Below the pieces are notes generated by a model. That model saw only the letters and a list, made by a program, of their open reading frames with translations, ran no database searches and had not been told where the DNA came from. Positions 55,739-64,000 of a stretch of 64,000 bases of DNA are shown one piece after another. The first letter of the stretch is position 1, and each line of letters starts with the position of its first letter. The position numbers and the translations under genes were made by a program. Source of the stretch: Eledone cirrhosa (lineage: Eukaryota); the NCBI GenBank assembly GCA_964016885.1, contig OZ024761.1, forward strand, positions 22,134,001 through 22,198,000. The letters are read 5' to 3'.

Positions 55739-57238
55739 ATAAAAAATAATAATAATAATATACAAAAATATATAAAGAAATATTTCTAACCAAATATTAA
55801 ATTTCCAATGAAACTATAGTGAAGGTTATGTTTTTGCTAATGAGGTCAGAATACAATGAAAACATGTCTGGAGTTATCTCCCATGCAGGACTACTAATGA
55901 AAATTGCTCAAACCTTGACAAAACAATACCGCCCTCCCCCTGACATTTAAGTGTATCTAAGATTTACATTGTCTAATCTGTCTGTTTTCTTTTTTCAAGA
56001 GAGTAAGGTGTGGTTTCTGGGAGATTTAGCTGCTATTTCTCTCTTTCTCTCACTTACTCACTCTTTCTCTCTCACTTACTCACTCTCTCTTTCTCGCACT
56101 TACTCACTCTCTCTCTCCCAGTCTCTCTCTCTCATTCTCTTACTCACTCTCTCTCTCTCTCATTCTCTCTCTCCCTCTCACTTACTCATTCTCCCTCTCT
56201 CTCCCATTCTCTCTCTCTCTCACTCTTTCTTTCTCTCACTCTCTCTCTCTCTAGCTGGCTTGGAGTGGGGTGTTTGTTGTTGTTTGTGGTGGATGAGGGG
56301 TGGGGCAGGGTTACCTATGTTGTTTTAGGGTAACATGTACTGTATTTATGTTACCCCCCCAATAGGGGTGAGGCAATTGAGAGAGAGAAAGGGTGTGTGT
56401 GTGGGGGGGGGGGGGTGTATGTATATATGTGTGTGTATATATATATATGTATGTGTATGTATATATGTGTGTGTATATATGTGTGTGTGTGTGTATATGT
56501 GTGTGTATATATATATATGTGTGTATGTGTATGTATATATATGTGTGTGTGTATATATATATATGTGTGTGTATGTATATATATGTGTGTGTGTATATGT
56601 GTGTATGTATATAGATGTGTGTGTGCATATATATGTGTGTGTGTATATATATATATATGTGTGTGTGTGTAAATATATATATGTGTGTGTGTGTAAATAT
56701 ATATATGTGTGTATATATATATATATGTGTGTGTGTATATATATATATGTGTGTGTGTGTATATATATATATGTGTATGTGTGTGTGTGTGATGGTGTGG
56801 AGTGGGTTTATGTTGAAATGTTTAGGGAGCTGAACTTGATCTGTGAATCCCTAATTAAAGGAGAAGGGACAGGCCCCCTGACAGGCCCAACACTATTACA
56901 ACAACAGCTACATTAAGGGAGAAATTAAAATCTCATTTACAATATCAGAAGAAGGGCGTGTATATATATGGTTATGTATGTATATATACTGATATGTACA
57001 TATATATATATATATAGGCGCCACGGCAAAAAAGCACCCAGCCCACACTGTAAATGAGGTTGGTGTTAGGAAGGGCATCCAGCTGTAGAAATCAAGCTAA
57101 ATCAGTTCCTGTATGAGCAAGGCATGTTCAGCCGACCAGACACTGCCCACAACAGGACAACCTGTCTAACCCATGCTAGCGTGGAAGAACGGACGTAAAA
57201 TGGTGATGATGATGATGATATATATATATATATATATA

Positions 57239-57430
57239 GGAACAAGTATGACCCCGACGGCAGAGCTCGAGCCGTTTCGACGGCTAATTCTGGACTAGAT
57301 TTAGCCGTCGAAACTGCTCGAGCTCTGCCGTCGGGGTCATACTTGTTCCGATTACCCACTCTACTCCTTAAGTATTGAGTATTTTGGTGCGTTATGGTCC
57401 ATCTGGTTCCTTACCACATTTCCTTCGTTA
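57239..57430. mobile_element. Near-perfect palindrome plus tail, paralogue of 37179-37377
   Basis: Arms span 57239-57349 with two mismatches; same tail; flanked by (TA)n. Confidence 0.75.
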
Positions 57431-58638
57431 TACATATATATATATATATATGACACTCCTCGGTATTTCTATATTATCACCTTAGTTTACAGCTATTTCA
57501 CTCTACACTAATTCCATGTCAATATTAACCCTTTCATTACTTCTTATGTCATAGACCGCCTATGTCATTACTAACCTTTTCATACAACACACGACAGGAC
57601 ACACACATACACACACATATGGCAGGACACACACAGACACACACACACACGACAGGACACACACAGACACACACACACACGACAGGACACACACATACAC
57701 ACACACACGGCAGGACACACACATACACACACACGCGGCAGGACACACACATACACACACACACGGCAGGACACACACACACACACGACAGGACACACAC
57801 AGACACACATAGACACACACACACACATAGACACACACAACACACGACAGGACACACACAGACACAGACACACACACGACAGGACACACATAGACACACA
57901 GACACCTGACACACTCCACCCGACATAATTATTGAACAAAACATCTCACCTCAGTATAACATGCTAATTACCGATGACATAGCAACACTACCTCCATTGC
58001 TGACACCACCACTGACACCAACACCACCGCCACAAACCACCAACACCAACACTACCACCACCACCATTGACACCACCAACACCACCACCACTGACACCAC
58101 CACCACCACCATTGACACCACCGCCACCACCACCAACCACCACCGCCAACGCTACCACCACCACCATTGGCATCATCAACACTACCAACATCACCACCAC
58201 CACCACCAACACTACCAACACCATTGACACCACCACCACCAACCACCACCGCCAACACTACCACCACCACCACCATTGACATCATCAACACTACCACCAC
58301 CACCACCACTACCACCACCCCCAACACCACCACCACCACCATCATTACTAACACAACTACAGAAATACCACCACCACCACCATCACCACCGCCAGCAGCA
58401 GGAAGATGTGTCATGGATGGCTCACAAATTCAGCTTCCAATAGAATTAACACTATATCATCACCACCACCACCACCACCACCACCACCACCATCATCATC
58501 ACCACCACCACCACCACCATCATCATAACCACCACCACCATCACCACCACCACCACCACCACCACCACCACCACCACCACCACCATCACCACCACCACCA
58601 CCACCATCATCATAACCACCACCACCACCACCACCACC

Positions 58639-58669
<31 letters not shown>

Positions 58670-58849
58670 CCATCACCATCACCACCACCACCATCACCAT
58701 CATCACCACCACCACCACCATCATCACCATCACCACCACCACCATCATCATCATCACCATCACCATCATCAAAGTAGCAATAGGAAAAATAACGAACTAG
58801 AATTGAGGGAGAGATGGTAGTTAAACTAAAACATTGGGAGTGAGGTAAT

Positions 58850-59747
58850 GAATGTAGCATTGTGGTGAATGTGGCATTGTAGTGAATGTGGCGTTGTAGT
58901 GAATGTGGCATTGTAGTGAATGTGGTGTGGTGTGGTGTTGTGGTGAATGTGGTGTTGTAGTGAATGTGGCATTGTAGTGAATGTGGTGTTGTAGTGAATG
59001 TGGAATTATAGTGAATGTGGCGTTGTAGTGAATGTGGTGTGGTGTGGTGTTGTGGTGAATGTGGTATTGTAGTGAATGTGGCATTGTAGTGAATGTGGTG
59101 TTGTAGTGAATGTGGAATTATAGTGAATGTGGCATTGTAGTGAATGTGGTGTGGTGTGGTGTTGTGGTGAATGTGGTGTTGTAGTGAATGTGGCATTGTA
59201 GTGAATGTGGTGTTGTAGTGAATGTGGTGTGGTGTTGTAGTGAATGTGGCATTGTAGTGAATGTGGCGTTGTAGTGAATGTGGCGTTGTAGTGAATGTGG
59301 CATTGTAGTGAATGTGGTGTGGTGTGGTGTTGTGGTGAATGTGGCGTTGTAGTGAATGTGGCGTTGTAGTGAATGTGGTGTGGTGTTGTGGTGAATGTGG
59401 TGTTGTAGTGAATGTGGCATTGTAGTGAATGTGGTGTGGTGTTGTAGTGAATGTGGTGTGGTGTTGTGGTGAATGTGGTGTTGTAGTGAATGTGGCATTG
59501 TAGTGAATGTGGTGTTGTGTTGAATGTGGCGTTGTAGTGAATGTGGTGTTGTGGTGAATATGGTGTGGCATTGTAGTGAATGTGGTGTTGTAGTGAATGT
59601 GGCATTGTAGTGAATGTGGCGTTGTAGTGAATGTGGTGTGGTGGTGAATGTGGCATTGTAGTGAATGTGGTGTGGTGTTGTGGTGAATGTGGTGTGGCAT
59701 TGTAGTGAATGTGGTTTTGTAGTGAATGTGGCGTTGTAGTGAATGTG
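58850..59747 (+). repeat. 17-bp minisatellite (gtagtgaatgtggcatt), about 45-50 copies
   Basis: Direct inspection. Confidence 0.93.
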
Positions 59748-60821
59748 GGGCTCGGTAAATAAAGTACCAGTAATGTACTGGGGTCGATTTAATCAACTTT
59801 CCCCTCCTTCAAAATGGTTGACCTTTTGCCAAAATCAGAAACCAAATGTCATTAGTTTAAAAGATTGTATGGTGGTGGTTTTATGACAGCAGTGAAGTCA
59901 GACAAAATACTGTGGGTTGATTAATGGTAGAGAGAGAGAGAGTGACAGAGAGAGTGACAGACAGACAAAGAGAGAGAGAGAGTGAGTGACAGAGAGACAC
60001 AGACAGACAGACAGACAGACATAGAGAGAGAGAGACAGACAGAGAGAGTGACAGATAGACAGACAGACAGAGAGGCAGAGAGAGAGACACAGAGACAGAC
60101 AGAGAGAGAGAGAGACAGACAGAGAGGCAGAGAGAGAGAGAGAGAGAGACAGACAGAGAGAGAGAGGCAGAGAGAGAGAGAGAGAGAGAGACCAAACTGG
60201 TTTTATTTTCTTCATCTATAGAAATGTCTAAAGCAAACAGTTCCAATGTTTAGTTCTGGTATTTATTGAGGGACAACAGAAGATAACAAATGAGGTTGAG
60301 GGGGGGGGGGGGGAGAAAGGTAGGGGGTAGAGTCTACAAACTTGGTGGGGGTGGGGGGTACACCCCAGCTGTACCCCCCCCCCCCCATGATGTATGTATG
60401 TAGGTTTATTTACTTTGTTTATTTTATTCCTTGCCCCCCCCCCCCCCCCCCCCCCCATACACCCTCACCCACCACCCCCGGCCCTGCCATGTTATGTTTC
60501 AGTGTGAAACAGCTGAAAATGTGGCCACACAGGTGGACAGAGTGGTCAGAGTGGACAGAGTGGACAAAGAAGACAGCTGGACAGCAACATTGATGTTGAA
60601 TAGAAAAACGCTAACAAACTAATTGGTACTAATTGGTACTAATTGGTACTAATTGGTAGGTACCAACCTACTACATGGTGATATTGTATGTATGTATATA
60701 TATACTTACATACAATATATATATATGTGTGTATATATGTATATTTAACACTTATGTTAAATCTGTTGATTTAACACTTCACTGCTCGCAAGTGTTTTTT
60801 AAGCTTCATATCATGTCTCCC

Positions 60822-60892
60822 TATTTTATCTGATGAGAAGGCAAATATCATCCCATGATGATATTTGTTTTTGAAATGCGCATAATAAAATA
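60822..60892 (+). ncRNA. Type I hammerhead ribozyme motif (Penelope/retrozyme-like)
   Basis: Stem I TATTTTAT/ATAAAATA; core CTGATGA (60830-60836); stem II GAAGGCAAATATCATC-ccat-GATGATATTTGTTTTT; GAAA; palindromic stem III ATGCGCAT; predicted cleavage after AUA. Confidence 0.85.
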
Positions 60893-61139
60893 CTTGGAAC
60901 TCTTTTAACCATCTTTTGATCTTATATTATATATTTATATATATGTATATAACTTACATATATATATACACACATATATGTGTATATGTGTGTGTATGTA
61001 TCTATGTATATATATGTATAGGTATGTCTATGTATATAGGTATATATATACACACACACACGCACATATGTGAATATATATGCTCCCTCCCCCCAGTACA
61101 CACCCCTACCATCACTGCCCCCCCCCCATACCAGACTGG

Positions 61140-61187
<48 letters not shown>

Positions 61188-61292
61188 ATGTACGTATATA
61201 TGTTAGTATATGTGTTAGTATATGTGTATGTATGTACATTTGTATGTGTGTGAGTGTGAACATATGTATGTATGTACATACATACATGCATG

Positions 61293-61330
<38 letters not shown>

Positions 61331-61337
61331 TGTATGC

Positions 61338-61375
<38 letters not shown>

Positions 61376-61414
61376 TTAACCCATGTTTGCTGGAAGATAG
61401 CCTGGGTAAATGAG

Positions 61415-61445
<31 letters not shown>

Positions 61446-62624
61446 AACTATTAAATGTAGTACCCCCTCATTAAAGGTGTTGACAGAGGGTGGGGAGGGA
61501 GAGGGTGGAATGTGCGTGTGTGTGTGTGTGGGGGGGGGGGGCATTAATTACCCCTCCACTCCCCCCTTACATGCATAAGATGTGTTTACATAAGACATCC
61601 TTGTCCTATTATTACTGATACTAGTAGTAGTAGTAGTAGTAGTGTGGTGGTGGTGGTAGTAGTGGTGTGGTGGTGGTGGTGGTGTGGTGGTGGTAGTAGT
61701 GGTGTGGTGGTGGTTGTGGTGGTGTGGTGGTGGTAGTAGTGGTGGTGGTGGTGTTAGTGGTGGTGTGGTGGTGGTGGTTGTGGTAGTAGTAGGGTGGTGT
61801 GGTGGTGGTGGTGTTAGTGGCGGTGGTGGTTGTGGTAGTAGTAGGGGTGGTGGTGTGGTGGTGGTAGTAGTGGTGTGGTGGTGGTGGTGGTGTGGTGGTG
61901 GTAGTAGTGGTGTGGTGGTGTGGTGGTAGTAGTAGTGGTGTGGTGGTGGTGGTGGTGTGGTGGTGGTGGTAGTGGTGGTGGTAGTGTGGTGGTGGTGGTG
62001 GTGGTGGTGGTAGTGGTGGTGGTAGTGTGGTGGTGGTGGTGGTGGTGTTAGTGGTGTGGTGGTGGTGGTAGTAGTAGTGTGATAGTGGTGCTGGTGGTAG
62101 TAGTAGTAGTAGTAGTAGTAACAGTAGTAGTAGTGTATTGTGGTGGTGGTGGTGTCAGGTCAACACCACCCCCACCCCAGCCCCCATTAATCAATGATGA
62201 CAATGATGATGATGATGGAAACCTAAAGCCCCACCACCACCCCAGTAATAATAATAATTCTTTATTTATTGATAACAAAAAGCTCTTATGTAAACACATT
62301 TTCAGAACATGGAAAACAAGATCAACAGCAGTTTCCCCACCACCACCTCCACCACCAACAGCAACACCAGCACCAGCACCACCACCACACTAACACCACT
62401 TTCATTGCCACCACCACCACCACCACCACCTTTTCCTCCACCGTTACCATCACCACCAACACCACCACCACTTCCACCACCTCCACTATGACCATCACCT
62501 CCATCAACAGCAACACCACCACATTCACTACCACCACCACTACACCACCACCACCACCACCACCAACAAGGATGTAAAAAATAAAATTAGTTTATTTTGT
62601 AAATCTGTAACTACTTCTCAAAGA

Positions 62625-63050
62625 TCTAGGACAGACAAGAGAGGTTTCTAGGACAGACAAGAGAGAGGGTTTCTAGGACATACAAGAGAGAGGTTTCTAG
62701 GACAGACAAGAGAGAGGTTTCTAGGACATACAAGAGAGAGGGTTTCTAGGACATACAAGAGAGAGGTTTCTAGGACAGACAAGAGAGAGGTTTCTAGGAC
62801 ATACAAGAGAGAGGGTTTCTAGGACATACAAGAGAGGTTTCTAGGACAGACAAGAGAGGTTTCTAGGACAGACAAGAGAGGTTTCTAGGACAGACAAGAG
62901 AGAGGTTTCTAGGACATACAAGAGAGAGGGTTTCTAGGACAGACAAGAGAGGTTTCTAGGACAGACAAGAGAGGTTTCTAGGACAGACAAGAGAGGTTTC
63001 TAGGACAGACAAGAGAGGTTTCTAAGACAGACAAGGAAAAGTTTCCAGAA
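62625..63050 (+). repeat. 22-25-bp minisatellite (ttctaggacagacaagagaggt), about 18 copies
   Basis: Direct inspection. Confidence 0.93.
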
Positions 63051-64000
63051 CATACAAGGGGGATATTTCTTATAGGTTGGTAGAATGTAGGTAGAGAGAT
63101 AACTGAATAGCTAGATAGATAGATAGAGAGATAGAGAGATAGGTAGATAGATAGATAGATAGGTAGATAGGTAGGTAGATAGGTAGATAAATTTCTTTAT
63201 TAGCCACAAGGGCTCAAAAGAAGGGGACAAATACAAATGGGGAGTTTACATACAGATATATGAAAATAAAACTAATAATAAAAAAAAAAAATAGATAGGG
63301 AGATAGATAGATTTCTTTATTTGCCACAAGGGAGCACAAGAAAAGGGGACAATACAAAGACACATGCCGGGGATTTTACATACAGTCGTGTAGACAGACT
63401 GATAGATATATTGATAGATAAATAGGGGAACGGAGAGATAGACAGACATACAGATAAATAAATAGATAGGGAAAGAGTGATAGGGACAGTATGTATGAGA
63501 GAGGGGGGGGGGTAGGTAGGGGTTTGAAGAAGGGAATAAAACGGCAACAGAAGTACCTGAGTCAGCTCCCTAAATATTATGGGTACCATATTGTACCATA
63601 GTCTCACATGACAAAACAACACCTCTCTCTCGCTCCCCCCCCCCCCCTTGCTCTCATCCTCTCTCTACTCTCTCTCTCCCGCACTATCTCTCTCTCACCT
63701 TCTTTCTCTCTCTATCTCACCCTTCTCTCTCCTTTCTCTCCCACTCTCTCTACTCTCTCTCTCCTGCTCTATCTCTCTATCTCACTCTATCTCTCCCACT
63801 CTCACCCTTCTCTCTATCTCTCTCTCTCACCCCCTCACTCTCCTCCTCTCTCTCTCCTCTCTTCCTCTCTCTCAATAATTAAAGTTCTCTATGGTACCAT
63901 CTCATCTCCCACAAAACTCTTCTCACACACTAACGAGAGGACCGAAAATTCTTCATCTTAATTAGGAGGCACCCCCTCCCCACCCCAATTAATTCTATGA

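Noticed and set aside
58411-59796. 461-aa His/Thr-rich ORF
   Set aside because: It is a 17-bp minisatellite plus CAC/CAT microsatellite, open in several frames.
60500-60580. Cluster of E-boxes (CAGCTG, CAGGTG) in a unique island
   Set aside because: Short motifs like these are expected by chance, and there is no independent support for enhancer function.
63898-63956. Possible minus-strand exon ending ...VGDEM before VRELVG
   Set aside because: The phase fits, but donor (gtacca) and acceptor are weak and the peptide does not otherwise resemble the GAS2L linker.

Overview
This is repeat-saturated eukaryotic DNA, most likely from an octopod cephalopod (inferred from the SINE/LINE/MITE families and the dense TA/CA/GGT microsatellites). 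It carries the 3' part of one minus-strand gene, a GAS2-like actin-microtubule cross-linker (GAS2L/Pigs type). Two exons encode the GAR domain (27017-27124, 26241-26337). A probable 51-nt exon (12081-12131), a 394-nt exon (5722-6115) and a large Ser-rich terminal exon with SxIP motifs (1750-4324) follow, and all splice phases match. I found no CH-domain exons, so they probably lie beyond 64 kb. Nearly all other ORFs in the track are microsatellite artefacts. The main unusual signal is a dense set of type I hammerhead ribozyme motifs: about 8 have both core halves intact and several more are partial or mutated. They fall into at least four sequence families, sit mostly in or beside (TA)n tracts, and several lie in fold-back palindromes that turn at or within ribozyme stem II, suggesting Penelope/retrozyme-like elements with snap-back copying. 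Other leads are a consensus recursive splice site at about 55487 and phase-compatible alternative first exons, including an MGNANS myristoylation-type exon. All calls were made by eye; no searches or folding were run.
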